Positions 51,360-61,386 are shown, counted from the first letter of the stretch. The stretch: 62,145 bases of DNA from Thermoanaerobaculia bacterium (GCA_036271035.1 DATBBK010000063.1:1-62145); one strand, 5' to 3'. The notes: generated from the letters alone by a model not told the origin. Translations and numbers: made by a program.

Positions 51360-52535
51360 CTACTCGCGGGGCCTGCGCTCGTTTCTTCCGAGGAGCTCGC
51401 GCAGGCGGTCGATCGGGAGAGCCTCCACGGTGCGGCCGCCGGCGCCCGTGACGGTCGTCGCGCGGGTCAGCGAGTTGTAGACCGCCTCCTCGACCGACTC
51501 GACGGCCGCCAGGAAGAGCGGGTCCATGCGGTCGTTCTCGAGCTCCTCGACGGTGCGGACGTCCGCGGCCGGCTCGTACGGCACGCGGTTGCGCGTCGAG
51601 AACGCGATCACGAAGTCGCCGGAGCCGTTGCCGACGAACGAGCCCGTGCGGGCGAGGCCCAGCTCCGCGCGGCGCGCCAGCCGCTCGAGGTTGCGCGATG
51701 AGAGCGGCGCGTCCGTCGCGAGCACGATCATGCACGAGCCGTCGCCGGGACCCTTCGCGCCGAGCTCCTCGGAGAACGCGAAGCGCCCGAGCCGCTCGCC
51801 GACCCGAATGCCGTCGATCGTCAGGACGCCGCCGAAGTTCGACTGGACGAGCGCGCCGACCGTCCATCCGCCGAGCTTGCCGGGGAGGCGGCGCGACGCC
51901 GTCCCGATCCCGCCCTTCCACCCGAACGCGACCGTGCCGGTCCCGGCGCCGACGCTCCCCTCCGCCACCGCTCCGCCGCGCGCGGCGGCGAGGGCCGCGA
52001 GGACATCGTCCTCGGTCACGCGTCGCGCGCGGATGTCGTTCAACGCCCACCCGTCGTTGGTCTCGCCGACGACCGCGTTGACGGCGCGGACGCCCGCGTT
52101 GCCGGGCTGCGCGAGCGTCCACCGCACGAGCGCGTTGACGGCGGTGCCGACGGCGAGCGTGTTCGTCAGCACGATCGGGGTCTCGAGGTTGCCGAGCTCG
52201 CGCACCTGGAGGAGCCCGGCGGCCTTGCCGAAGCCGTTCGAGACCCACGCGGCCGCGGCCACCTTCCGCTGGAAGAGATCCCCGGGCGCGGGGACGATCG
52301 CGGTGACGCCGGTGCGGATCGACTCGCCCTCGATCAACGTCCGGTGCCCGACGCGCACGCCGTCGACGTCCGTGATCGCGTTCAGAGGTCCCGGCGGCAG
52401 GACGCCGGGCGCGACGCCGAGGTCGCGAATGCGCGGGCGCGCTTCCTCGCCTCGCGCGGATGCGCCGCCGAGCGGCAGCAGCGCTGCGAGCGCGATCGCG
52501 AGCACGATCCGGGGCGCCCGCCGTCCGCTCAGCAA
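51360..52535 (-). CDS. DmpA/S58 (P1) family aminopeptidase
   Basis: Contains GVTAIV, VGETNDG and GAGTGT motifs. Predicted signal peptide if the TTG at 52533-52535 is the start, which is uncertain. Confidence 0.82.
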   Translation of the reverse strand: MLSGRRAPRIVLAIALAALLPLGGASARGEEARPRIRDLGVAPGVLPPGPLNAITDVDGVRVGHRTLIEGESIRTGVTAIVPAPGDLFQRKVAAAAWVSNGFGKAAGLLQVRELGNLETPIVLTNTLAVGTAVNALVRWTLAQPGNAGVRAVNAVVGETNDGWALNDIRARRVTEDDVLAALAAARGGAVAEGSVGAGTGTVAFGWKGGIGTASRRLPGKLGGWTVGALVQSNFGGVLTIDGIRVGERLGRFAFSEELGAKGPGDGSCMIVLATDAPLSSRNLERLARRAELGLARTGSFVGNGSGDFVIAFSTRNRVPYEPAADVRTVEELENDRMDPLFLAAVESVEEAVYNSLTRATTVTGAGGRTVEALPIDRLRELLGRNERRPRE

Positions 52536-52849
52536 AACGTCGTGAGCACCGCGTTCGGATGCTCGAGCCGGTAGCCCTCCCCCGCCGGGTCCGGGTCCAC
52601 GTCGAGGACCGCGCCCTCCAGCCTCCGATACGACAGCTCGTCCATCACGACCGGAATCCCGGACGCCTCGAAGGTGTGCCCCTCGTCGGGCGCGTTCTCT
52701 TCGACCGAGATGCGGAAGCCCGTGCCGCCGCATCCGAGCAGGTGTCGGACCGAGAGGACCGAGCGCGTGAAGTCGGAGTCCGCCTTCAGGCGCGCCGCCG
52801 CCTCGGCCGTGATCGTCATCCGCGGGGACGCCGGGATCGGTTGCGACAT
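52529..52849 (-). CDS. HesB/IscA-like A-type Fe-S carrier domain protein (atypical C-terminus)
   Basis: Contains ITAEAAARLK, GCGGTGFRISV and LEHPNAV...FC, and ends at the first Cys of the usual CGC motif. Confidence 0.65.
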   Translation of the reverse strand: MSQPIPASPRMTITAEAAARLKADSDFTRSVLSVRHLLGCGGTGFRISVEENAPDEGHTFEASGIPVVMDELSYRRLEGAVLDVDPDPAGEGYRLEHPNAVLTTFC

Positions 52850-52863
52850 GAGATCCTGATTCT

Positions 52864-53739
52864 ATGGAAAGGCGGACAACTCGGTTGGGACGGGCGCCCT
52901 CGGCGGGCGCGCATCGTTCGGGGCGCGCGCGCTCGACCGGGACGCCCGATCGGCGCCGGCCGATCACGGTCGTCTCGATCGCCGCGTCGGATTCCGGCGG
53001 CGGCGCGGGCATCCAGGCCGACCTCCTCACCTTCGCGGCCCACGGCGTCCACGGAGCGACCGTGCTCACGGCGGCCACGGCGCAGAACACGCGCTCGGTG
53101 ACGGGCGTCGAGCCGCTGTCGGCGCGCCTCGTCGCACGCCAGATGGACGCCGTCTTCGAGGACCTGCGCCCGGCGGCGGTGAAGATCGGGATGCTCTACG
53201 ACGCGCCGCGGATCCGGGCCGTCGCGACGGGCCTGCGGCGCCACCGCGCCCGCAACGTTGTCCTCGACCCGGTGATGATCGCGAAGGCCGGCGCTCGGCT
53301 GTTGTCGGGCGCCGCCGTCGCCGCGCTCCGCCGGAACCTGCTGCCGCTCGCGGACCTCGTCACGCCGAACATCCCCGAGGCGGAGGTCCTCGCGGGGATG
53401 CGGATCCGCTCGGACGCCGACCGGCGCGTCGCCGCGGCGACGATCTACGAGCACGGCCCGCGCGCGGTGCTCGTGAAGGGCGGCCACGGGCGCGGCGCCG
53501 TGGTCCGCGACCTGCTCTACGACGGCCGCTTCTTCACGCAATTCACGGCGCCTCGGATCCGGACACGCGCGACGCACGGCACGGGCTGCACCCTCTCGTC
53601 GGCGATCGCGGCCAATCTCGCGCTGGGTTATCCGCTCGAGGACGCGATCGTGCGGGCGATCCGGTACTTGCGAGCGGCCCTCGAGCGGGGCTACTTTCCG
53701 GGGAAGGGCTTCGGCGTCCCGCGACGCGTCGCGAGCTGA
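52864..53739 (+). CDS. thiD: hydroxymethylpyrimidine/phosphomethylpyrimidine kinase
   Basis: Contains SIAASDSGGGAGIQADL, VKIGML and ...THGTGCTLSSAIAA. Start uncertain (ATG 52864 or TTG 52885). Confidence 0.9.
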   Translation: MERRTTRLGRAPSAGAHRSGRARSTGTPDRRRPITVVSIAASDSGGGAGIQADLLTFAAHGVHGATVLTAATAQNTRSVTGVEPLSARLVARQMDAVFEDLRPAAVKIGMLYDAPRIRAVATGLRRHRARNVVLDPVMIAKAGARLLSGAAVAALRRNLLPLADLVTPNIPEAEVLAGMRIRSDADRRVAAATIYEHGPRAVLVKGGHGRGAVVRDLLYDGRFFTQFTAPRIRTRATHGTGCTLSSAIAANLALGYPLEDAIVRAIRYLRAALERGYFPGKGFGVPRRVAS

Positions 53740-53754
53740 GCTCCGTCGCGCGCC

Positions 53755-54183
53755 TCAGCGCGGCCGGATGTAGTACCCGCTCACCCGCCAGCTTCCGTCG
53801 GAGTCCTTCATCGGCGTGATCGTCTCGACGGCGGTCCCGTCGGCGAACTTCGCCTCGTACTGCATGACCTCGTACTCGCCCTTCGGCGCGTTGGGCAGCT
53901 CGGTCATGCGCTTCGCTCCGAGCAGCCGCCGGGAGTCGAGCCTGCCGAGGGGCCCGCGCGCTTTCCCGACCGCCTCGATCCACTGCTCCTTCGTCAGCGC
54001 CTTCCTGAGCAGCGACGCCGCGGCGTCGTAGCTGTCGCCGTAGTTGCCCGCGTCGACGAGGGCCAGCCACCTCTCGGCCGACGCCTGCGCCGCCTTGTCG
54101 GGCTCGTCGGCGGCGCGGACGACGGCGGCACAGACCCCGAGGACGACGCATGAGACGAGGATCAACCGGGCTGGGCTCTTCAA
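53755..54183 (-). CDS. DUF4019-like secreted protein
   Basis: TTG start with AGGAGAG SD. Signal peptide. C-terminal ...WRVSGYYIRPR. Confidence 0.65.
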   Translation of the reverse strand: MKSPARLILVSCVVLGVCAAVVRAADEPDKAAQASAERWLALVDAGNYGDSYDAAASLLRKALTKEQWIEAVGKARGPLGRLDSRRLLGAKRMTELPNAPKGEYEVMQYEAKFADGTAVETITPMKDSDGSWRVSGYYIRPR

Positions 54184-54199
54184 GCGGCTCTCCTGTTTC

Positions 54200-54227
54200 G
54201 GCTCACGGCTTACGGCTCACGGCTCAC
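54200..54227. repeat. tandem heptamer repeat (GGCTCAC GGCTTAC GGCTCAC GGCTCAC)
   Basis: 4 x 7 nt filling most of the 47-nt spacer between the acyl-CoA dehydrogenase stop and the DUF4019-like gene start. Confidence 0.85.
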
Positions 54228-54230
54228 GTC

Positions 54231-56051
54231 CTAGGTCTCATCCCACAGCGGAAACGGGTACCGCAGACCCGCGTACGCCATCTCGGAGATCGCGGTCCGC
54301 TCCGCGTCGCGGTTCTTGTCCATCTCCTTCAGGAGGCCGACCATCCTGTACTTCGCTCCCTGCACGAACGCGCGCGCGATGCGGATCTGGTCGTCCGCCT
54401 TCTCCGCCCCCCGCTTCGCGTATGCCGCGCTCGCGCGCGAGAGCGTGCACAGCGAGGCGTAGAGCTCGATGGCGACGTTGGCGAGCCGCTCCTGGTGGTA
54501 TTCCTTCTCGATGACGCCCTTGCCGTACTTCTTGAGAAGCGTCTCGACTGCTCCGCCGGCCGCACGCGCGTAGCGGGACACGACCTCCGCCTCCGCCGCG
54601 AGCGGCGGCGCGACCTTCGTCAGCCGCGCCGGGACGACGTCGCGAAGCTTCCGCGCCGCGTACTCGGAGAGGATCCCGAACGACGTCAGCGGCGCCCGGA
54701 GCGCCCGGCCGACCTCCTTGAGGTCCTCGCCGACGTCGCGCATCCCGGAGAGAGCGATCAGGACGCGCAGGATCTCGTTGGTCCCCTCGAAGATCATGTT
54801 GATGCGCGAGTCCCGCAGCGCCCGCTCGAAGGGGTACTCCTCCATGAAGCCGTTCCCGCCGGCGATCTGCAGCGCGTCGTTGATCGTCCGCCAGACCGCC
54901 TCGGTCCCGAAGATCTTGCAGCAGGCGCCCTCGAGCGCGTAGTCCTCGAGGCCGCGGTCGATGAGGCCGGCGGTCATGTAGACCATCGACTCGAGTGCGT
55001 ACGTCGAGACGACCATGCGGGCGAACTTCTCGCGGATCATCTCGAAGTCGGCGATCCGCGTTCCGAACTGCCGCCGCTGGGTCGCGTGGAGCATCGCCTC
55101 GCGCATCAGCCGCCTCGATCCGCCGATGCAGCCCGCGCCGAGCGACGTGCGGCCGGTGTTGAGCACCTCGACCGCGATCCGGAATCCCTGCCCGCGCTCG
55201 CCGATCACGTGATCGAGCGGCACGCGCACGTTCTCGAGCTGGATGGGCACCGTGGACGACGCCTTCAGGCCGAGCTTCTTCTCCTCGGGGCCGGGGACCA
55301 CGCCGCCGAGGCTCTTCGTCACCGCGAACGCCGTGATCCCGCGGTGCGCATCCTTCGCGCCGAGCACCACGTCCCGCGCGAAGACGGTGAAGAACTCCGC
55401 GAAGCCGCCGTTCGAGATCCAGTGCTTCGTCCCGTTCAGAACGAAGACGCCGGCGGCCTCGTCCAGCACGGCGGTCGTCTGAATCGACGCCGCGTCCGAG
55501 CCGGCCTCCGGCTCGGTCAGCGCGAAGGCCGCGATCATCTCGCCCGCCGCGAGGGCCGGGAGCCACCTCTTCTTCTGCTCCTCGCTGCCGTGCAGGACCA
55601 GCGCCTTCATCCCGATCGACTGGTGTCCGCCGACCAGGATGCCGAGCGACGCGTCGATCGTGCCGATCTCCTCCGTGATCCGGCAGTACGCGGACGAGGA
55701 GAACCCGTAGCCGCCGTACGCCTCGGGGATCGTCATCCCGAACGCCCCGAGCTCCGCGAGCCCGCGCACGACTTCCGGCGGGATGTGCCGCTCGCGCTCG
55801 AAGCGCGCCGGGTCGATGCGTTCCTTCGCGAAGGCGCGGAGCGTCTCGAGGAAGGCGGCCACGGTCTCGCGCTCCTCCGCGGAGACCTCGGGATACGGGA
55901 AGAGCGTGTCCTCGGGGATCTGGCCCGCCAGGAGCCACTTGACGACCGGCTCCGGCTCGGGACCGCGGCCCGGCCGCGTGAGGCGGACCGTCGGACGCCG
56001 CGGCGCGGCGGGGCGGTCCGGGACGCCCGGACTCTTCGCCTCCTCGCTCAC
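54231..56051 (-). CDS. long-form acyl-CoA dehydrogenase
   Basis: GTG 56049-56051 overlaps the upstream stop (GTGA). ACAD N, middle and C-terminal domains (..LTEPEAGSD.., ..GGNGFMEEYP..) plus a C-terminal extension. Confidence 0.9.
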   Translation of the reverse strand: MSEEAKSPGVPDRPAAPRRPTVRLTRPGRGPEPEPVVKWLLAGQIPEDTLFPYPEVSAEERETVAAFLETLRAFAKERIDPARFERERHIPPEVVRGLAELGAFGMTIPEAYGGYGFSSSAYCRITEEIGTIDASLGILVGGHQSIGMKALVLHGSEEQKKRWLPALAAGEMIAAFALTEPEAGSDAASIQTTAVLDEAAGVFVLNGTKHWISNGGFAEFFTVFARDVVLGAKDAHRGITAFAVTKSLGGVVPGPEEKKLGLKASSTVPIQLENVRVPLDHVIGERGQGFRIAVEVLNTGRTSLGAGCIGGSRRLMREAMLHATQRRQFGTRIADFEMIREKFARMVVSTYALESMVYMTAGLIDRGLEDYALEGACCKIFGTEAVWRTINDALQIAGGNGFMEEYPFERALRDSRINMIFEGTNEILRVLIALSGMRDVGEDLKEVGRALRAPLTSFGILSEYAARKLRDVVPARLTKVAPPLAAEAEVVSRYARAAGGAVETLLKKYGKGVIEKEYHQERLANVAIELYASLCTLSRASAAYAKRGAEKADDQIRIARAFVQGAKYRMVGLLKEMDKNRDAERTAISEMAYAGLRYPFPLWDET

Positions 56052-58210
56052 ACCGTCACCTCTCGTTCGCGCGGCGGCGCCTCGCCGTAGAAGCCGCGTC
56101 CCGCGTTCGCGAGCTCGCGGATCCGCTCGGCGGGGGCGAAGCGCGGCCCGAGCCGCTCCGACAGATCGTCCAGCCGCGTGAAGACCTTGCCCAGGCCGAG
56201 CGAGTCGGCCCAGCGCAGCAGCCCGCCGCGGAACGGCGGGAAGCCCGTCCCGAAGATCATCGCGAGGTCGAGCCGCGCCGGATCCCTCACGATCTCGTCC
56301 TCGAGGCAGAACGCCGCCTCGTTGACCATCGGAAGCACGAGCCGCGACTGGATGACCTCCGCCGGCAGCGGCGTCTTGTCGGCCGGCTTCACGCGCAGGG
56401 CCGCGTAGGCCTCTCTCGACGGCCTCAGTCGCTTCGAGCCCGCGTAGTCGTAGAAGCCCTCGCCGTTCTTGCGGCCGAGACGGCCGCTCGCGACCAGCGC
56501 GTCCTCGCCTCCCGCGGAGATGCGCTCCGGGAACGCGGCGTTCAAGACCTCGGCCGCCTTGACGGCGACGTCGAGGCCGACGTCGTCGAGCAGCGCGAGC
56601 GGACCGACCGGCATTCCCCACGACGTCATCGCGGCGTCGACGTCCTCGATGCGGCAGCCGTCCTGGAGCAGCCGCACCGCCTCCGAGAGGTAGGGCGCGA
56701 GAATGCGGTTCACGAGGAATCCCGGCGCGTCCTTCACGACGACGGGCGTCTTCCCGAGCGCCTTCGCGAGCGCGAAGATCGTCGCCACCGTATCGTCGGT
56801 CGTGCGCTCGCCGCGGATCACCTCGACGAGCGGCATCCGGTGCACGGGGTTGAAGAAGTGCATGCCGACGACGCGGCCGGGCACGGACGCGCCGATCGCG
56901 ATCTCAGAGATCGGCAGCGTCGACGTGTTCGACGCGAAGATCGCCTCCGGTGGAACGACCGTCTCCCAGTGCCGCAGCACCTCGCGCTTGACCGACAGCT
57001 TCTCGACGACGGCCTCGATCGTGACCTCGCACCGCGCGAATCCGGAGTCGTCGAGCGCGCCGGAGATCCGGTCCATCCGCCGCTTCATCTCGAGCGGCGC
57101 GAGCCGGCGCTTCTTGACCTGCTCCCGCCAGACCGCCGCGGCCGAGGCGAAGCCGTGCGCGAGCGCCTGCGGCGCGATGTCCTTCATGCGTGCGGGAAGC
57201 CCCTTGTCGGCCGCCAGCTGCGCAATCCCGCCGCCCATCACACCCGCGCCGAGCACGCCCACGCGCGTCACGGAACGCGCGCGCACGGCCGGATCGGAGA
57301 CGCCCGTCTCCTTCTTGACCTCCTCGGTGAGGAAGAAGATCCGCAGCAGGTTCTTCTGGACCTCGCCGCCGAAGACGAGCCCGATGTGCCGCGCCTCCGA
57401 CTCGAGCCCGACGGCGACCGGTCTGCCGTAGCCCTCCTCGATGACCTCGAGCGCCTCGAGCGGCGCCGGGTAGTGGCCGCCCGTCTGCTCGAGCACGGTC
57501 TTGCGCGCCTTCGTGAAGATCAGCCGGCGGCCCGGCGGCGTCGCCTCGAGCGCCCTCCCGGCGAAGGACTGCCGCCCGCGATACGGCCGCGGTTTGGAGC
57601 CGCCGAGCTTCTCGCGCGCGAAGTCGCGCGACCACTCCTCGAAGATCGCCTCGGGGACCGCCTCGTCGACGAGGCCGACCTTCCTCGCGCGCCTCGCGTC
57701 GAGCGTCTTGCCGGCGAGGATCAGATCCAGCGCCGGCGCGAGCCCGATCGTCCGCGGCAGCCGCGTGCAGCCGCCCCACGCCGGGAAGATCCCGAGTTTG
57801 ACCTCCGGCAGGCCGATCTGCGACTTCCGCGCGTCGGACATGACGCGGTAGTCGCACGCGAGCGCCAGTTCGGTGCCGCCGCCGAGGCACACGCCGTGAA
57901 TGGCGGCGACGGTCGGGTACGGCAGGTGCGCGAGCTGCTCGTACAGCGACTGCACCCGGCTGACCGCCGTGCGCACGTCGTCGGTGCGGATGTCGAGGAA
58001 CTCCTTGATGTCCGCACCCGCGATGAAGACGTCGGGCTTGCCGCTGCGCACGAGGAGTGCGCGGATCCGCGGCTCGCGCGCGAGGCGCACGAGCAGATCG
58101 CCGAGCTCGGCCACCGCGGCCTGAGAGACCGTGTTGACCTTCTCGCCCGGCGCGTCGAAGGTCACGACCGCGAGCCCGTTGTCGGCGATCTGAAGCTCGA
58201 AAACGCTCAT
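56048..58210 (-). CDS. fatty-acid oxidation complex alpha subunit (enoyl-CoA hydratase / 3-hydroxyacyl-CoA dehydrogenase, FadB/FadJ type)
   Basis: Start MSVFELQIADNG. Crotonase fold (FIAGADIKEF) followed by the NAD fold VGVLGAGVMGGGIA. Confidence 0.92.
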   Translation of the reverse strand: MSVFELQIADNGLAVVTFDAPGEKVNTVSQAAVAELGDLLVRLAREPRIRALLVRSGKPDVFIAGADIKEFLDIRTDDVRTAVSRVQSLYEQLAHLPYPTVAAIHGVCLGGGTELALACDYRVMSDARKSQIGLPEVKLGIFPAWGGCTRLPRTIGLAPALDLILAGKTLDARRARKVGLVDEAVPEAIFEEWSRDFAREKLGGSKPRPYRGRQSFAGRALEATPPGRRLIFTKARKTVLEQTGGHYPAPLEALEVIEEGYGRPVAVGLESEARHIGLVFGGEVQKNLLRIFFLTEEVKKETGVSDPAVRARSVTRVGVLGAGVMGGGIAQLAADKGLPARMKDIAPQALAHGFASAAAVWREQVKKRRLAPLEMKRRMDRISGALDDSGFARCEVTIEAVVEKLSVKREVLRHWETVVPPEAIFASNTSTLPISEIAIGASVPGRVVGMHFFNPVHRMPLVEVIRGERTTDDTVATIFALAKALGKTPVVVKDAPGFLVNRILAPYLSEAVRLLQDGCRIEDVDAAMTSWGMPVGPLALLDDVGLDVAVKAAEVLNAAFPERISAGGEDALVASGRLGRKNGEGFYDYAGSKRLRPSREAYAALRVKPADKTPLPAEVIQSRLVLPMVNEAAFCLEDEIVRDPARLDLAMIFGTGFPPFRGGLLRWADSLGLGKVFTRLDDLSERLGPRFAPAERIRELANAGRGFYGEAPPREREVTV

Positions 58211-58269
58211 TCGCCGCTCAGCGGAGCCGCCGGGAGAGGATCCGGTCGAGACATCCCCTCCCATTTCCA

Positions 58270-58288
58270 CGGTCCGCGAAGCGGACCG
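58270..58288 (-). promoter_or_regulatory. intercistronic GC hairpin between the thiolase and fadB/J genes
   Basis: CGGTCCGC-GAA-GCGGACCG (8-bp stem) within a 94-nt spacer. No U-run follows, so it is not a classical terminator. Confidence 0.3.
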
Positions 58289-58304
58289 CAAGAGGTCCGA
58301 GCCC

Positions 58305-59585
58305 TCACACCAGCTCCACCACGACCGCGCCGCCCTGCCCGCCTCCGATGCACATCGTGGCGACGCCGAGCGGAGTGCCGCGGCGTTTCATCTCCTTCAG
58401 GAGCGTGGTCACGAGCCGGTTCGCCGAGGAGCCGACCGGATGCCCAAGCGCGATCGCGCCGCCGTTGACGTTGGTCTTCTCCCAGTCGATCTCGCCGATC
58501 GGGCCGCCGGTCTTGTACTTCGCGTGCCACGCCGCCGACGGAAACACCTTCGCGCAGGCGAGCACCTGCGCGGCGAACGCCTCGTTGATCTCGACGAGCC
58601 CGACGTCCTTCCAGGCGACGCCGGCCCGCTTCAGCGCGAGCGGGACCGCCACCGCCGGGCCGAGGCCCATGCGTTCCGGCTCGAGCGCGCAGAACGCGAA
58701 GCCGCGGATCTTCCCGAGCGGCGCGTCACCCCGCGACCGCGCCGCCGACGCGCTCATGAGCAGCACCGCGGCGCCGCCGTCCGTGATCTGTGACGAGTTG
58801 CCCGCGGTCACCGTCCCGAAGCGCCGGTCGAAGTACGGCTTCAGCTTGGCGAGCGCCTCCATCGTCTGGTTCTCGCGGACCCCGTTGTCCTTCGTCGCCG
58901 CGTCCTGGAACTTCGGCGGGATCGGCACCGGCACGATCTCCTCCGCGAGCTTCGCGCGAGCGAGCGTCACCCGCTGGTGCGACCGCAGAGCGAACGCGTC
59001 CTGCTCCTCCCGCGAGATCGCGAACTCCTTCGCGAGGACCTCCGCGGTCTCGCCCATGTTCAGCCCGCAGACCGCGTCCGTGAGGCCCATCAGAAGCCCG
59101 ACCTCGGGCTTGAAGTGGCGCGGGCGCAGCCGGGACGCCGCCGCGACGCGGCCGGTGAGGTCGCGCGCGGAGTAGATCCCGCCGAACACCTCCTGGCTCT
59201 CGCGCGAGAAGAGCAGCGGGATGTTGGACATCGACTCGACGCCGCCCGCGACGATCGCCTCGGCGTCGCCCGCCGCGATCATGTAGGCGCCGTCGGCGAT
59301 CGACTGCAGGCCGGAGCCGCAGAGCCGGTTCACGGTGTACGCCGGGATGTTCCGCGGCACTCCCGCGCGCAGGGCCGCGACCCGCGCTACGTTCACGGCG
59401 TCTGGCGGCTGCGCGATGTTGCCGACGATGACCTGGTCGAGCGCGGCCGCGTCGAATCCGGTCCGCGCGAGCAGCTCGCCGATCGCGATCCGCCCCAGGT
59501 CCGCGGCGTCGACGTCCTTGAGCTCGGTGCCGGCCTTCGAGTAGGGAGTCCTCAGCCCGTCGACGACGACGACGTCACGCGACAT
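58305..59585 (-). CDS. acetyl-CoA acyltransferase (3-ketoacyl-CoA thiolase)
   Basis: Active-site Cys context VNRLCGSGLQ and C-terminal NVNGGAIALGHP...CIGGGQG. Confidence 0.93.
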   Translation of the reverse strand: MSRDVVVVDGLRTPYSKAGTELKDVDAADLGRIAIGELLARTGFDAAALDQVIVGNIAQPPDAVNVARVAALRAGVPRNIPAYTVNRLCGSGLQSIADGAYMIAAGDAEAIVAGGVESMSNIPLLFSRESQEVFGGIYSARDLTGRVAAASRLRPRHFKPEVGLLMGLTDAVCGLNMGETAEVLAKEFAISREEQDAFALRSHQRVTLARAKLAEEIVPVPIPPKFQDAATKDNGVRENQTMEALAKLKPYFDRRFGTVTAGNSSQITDGGAAVLLMSASAARSRGDAPLGKIRGFAFCALEPERMGLGPAVAVPLALKRAGVAWKDVGLVEINEAFAAQVLACAKVFPSAAWHAKYKTGGPIGEIDWEKTNVNGGAIALGHPVGSSANRLVTTLLKEMKRRGTPLGVATMCIGGGQGGAVVVELV

Positions 59586-61386
59586 GCGACCTTCCGGCCG
59601 CCGCGTACATGCCCTCGATGAGGTCGCGGTAGCGGGTCTCGATCGTGCGACGCTTGACCTTCAGCGTCGGCGTGACGGATCCGTCCTCGATCGTCAGCTC
59701 CGACGGGAGCAGCGCGAAGGCACGGATCTGCTCGTGGTGGGGACGGTCGGCGTTGTAGGCGTCGATCTCCGCCTGGAAGAGCCCGCGCACCGCGGCGTCG
59801 GCGTCGATCGCGTCCCAGCGCACCGTGCGATGACCGGCCGCGGCCCAGTCCCTGAGCTTCTCGAAGTTCGGGACGATGAGGGCGGCGAGGAACTTCTGCC
59901 GGTCGCCGATGACGATCGGCATTCCCACGTAGGGCGAGTGCTTGAGCGCGTTCTCGATCGGCTGCGGCGCGGCCTTCTTGCCGCCGGCGAGCACGATGAG
60001 GTCCTTCTTGCGGTCCGTGATCGAGAGAAACCCGTCCGCGTCGAATTGCCCGATGTCGCCGGTGTGGAACCAGCCGTCCGCGTCGATCGCGTCGCGCGTC
60101 GCCTCGGGCTTGTTGAAGTAGCCCTTCATGATGTGCGGCCCCCGCGTGAGGATCTCGCCGTCCGACGCGATGCGCACCTCGACGCCGCGCAGCGGCTTGC
60201 CGACCGAGCCGACCCTCCATCGGCCGGGACCGTTGACCGCGATGACGGGAGACGTCTCTGTCAGGCCGTAGCCCTCGTAGACCGCGACGCCGGCTCCGAT
60301 GAAGAACGCCGCCAGCTCGGGTGAGAGCGGCGCGCCGCCCGAGACTGCGAAGCGGAACCGCGTCCCGAGCGCGGCGCGAATCTTCTTGAAGACGAGCGCG
60401 TCGGCGATCGCCGCCTTGCGCGCCAGCGCCGCCGGCAGGGGTTCCCCGCTCGTGACGAACGGAACGCGCTCGGCGCCGATCCGCGTCGCCCACGCGAAGA
60501 GCTTCTTCTTGATCGGACTGCCCGCCTCGACCTTCGCCATGATGCGCGCGTAGACCTTCTCGTAGACCCGGGGCACCGCGCCGAAGCAGTGCGGGTTGAT
60601 CTCCTTGAAGTTGTCCGAGAGCTTGTCGACGGACTCCGCGTACGCGATCGAGGCGCCCTTGTGGAGGTACGCGTAGTCGAGCATCCGCTCGAAGACGTGC
60701 GATAGCGGCAGGAAGGAGAGCGCGACGGCGTCCGAGCTGAACGGCACGACCTCGCACCCCGTCAGCACGTTCGACACGAAGTTCGCGTGCGTCAGCATCG
60801 AGCCCTTCGGCTCCCCCGTCGTGCCGGACGTGTAGATGACCGTGGCCACGTCCTCGGGCTTCACCCGCGACGCGCGCTGGTCGAACATCCCCGGGCTCAT
60901 CTCGAGCGTCGGGCGGCCGCGGTCGACGACGGAGTGGAAATCCCAGAAGCCCGGCTCGCCGGGCGGATGGCCGTCGAGGAGGATGACGTGCTCGAGCGCC
61001 GGACACTGGGCGTGGATCGTCAGGATCTTGCCGAGCTGCTCGAGCGTCGAGACGAAGATGGCGCGCACGGAGGAGTCGTTGAGCAGCGGCGCGATCTGGG
61101 CGGCGGGGAGCGTCGGGTAGATCGGGACGGACCAGGCGCCCGCGCAGAGGATCGCGTAGTCGGCCATCGCCCACTCCGGCCGGTTCTCCGAGAGGATGGC
61201 GACACGGTCGCCCGGCTGGATGCCCAGCGCGTTCAGACCCAGGGAGAGCGCACGGACCGTGAAGCCGAAGTCGCGCGCGGAGATGGGCTGCCAGGTCCCG
61301 CCCACCTTGGAGATCAGGAGGTCGGGCTTCTCGGTCGACGCCGCCGCCGTGAAGATGTCGCAGAGAGTTCGTGGCTCTCGGCTCAT
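59575..61386 (-). CDS. fadD: long-chain fatty acid-CoA ligase (AMP-forming)
   Basis: AMP-binding motif YTSGTTGEPKG, plus GYGLTETS and a C-terminal ...TPTLKVKRR. Confidence 0.92.
   Translation of the reverse strand: MSREPRTLCDIFTAAASTEKPDLLISKVGGTWQPISARDFGFTVRALSLGLNALGIQPGDRVAILSENRPEWAMADYAILCAGAWSVPIYPTLPAAQIAPLLNDSSVRAIFVSTLEQLGKILTIHAQCPALEHVILLDGHPPGEPGFWDFHSVVDRGRPTLEMSPGMFDQRASRVKPEDVATVIYTSGTTGEPKGSMLTHANFVSNVLTGCEVVPFSSDAVALSFLPLSHVFERMLDYAYLHKGASIAYAESVDKLSDNFKEINPHCFGAVPRVYEKVYARIMAKVEAGSPIKKKLFAWATRIGAERVPFVTSGEPLPAALARKAAIADALVFKKIRAALGTRFRFAVSGGAPLSPELAAFFIGAGVAVYEGYGLTETSPVIAVNGPGRWRVGSVGKPLRGVEVRIASDGEILTRGPHIMKGYFNKPEATRDAIDADGWFHTGDIGQFDADGFLSITDRKKDLIVLAGGKKAAPQPIENALKHSPYVGMPIVIGDRQKFLAALIVPNFEKLRDWAAAGHRTVRWDAIDADAAVRGLFQAEIDAYNADRPHHEQIRAFALLPSELTIEDGSVTPTLKVKRRTIETRYRDLIEGMYAAAGRSHVA

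Noticed and set aside
52850-52863. A TPP riboswitch upstream of thiD.
   Set aside because: Only about 15-35 nt separate thiD from the divergent gene, which is far too short for a THI element.
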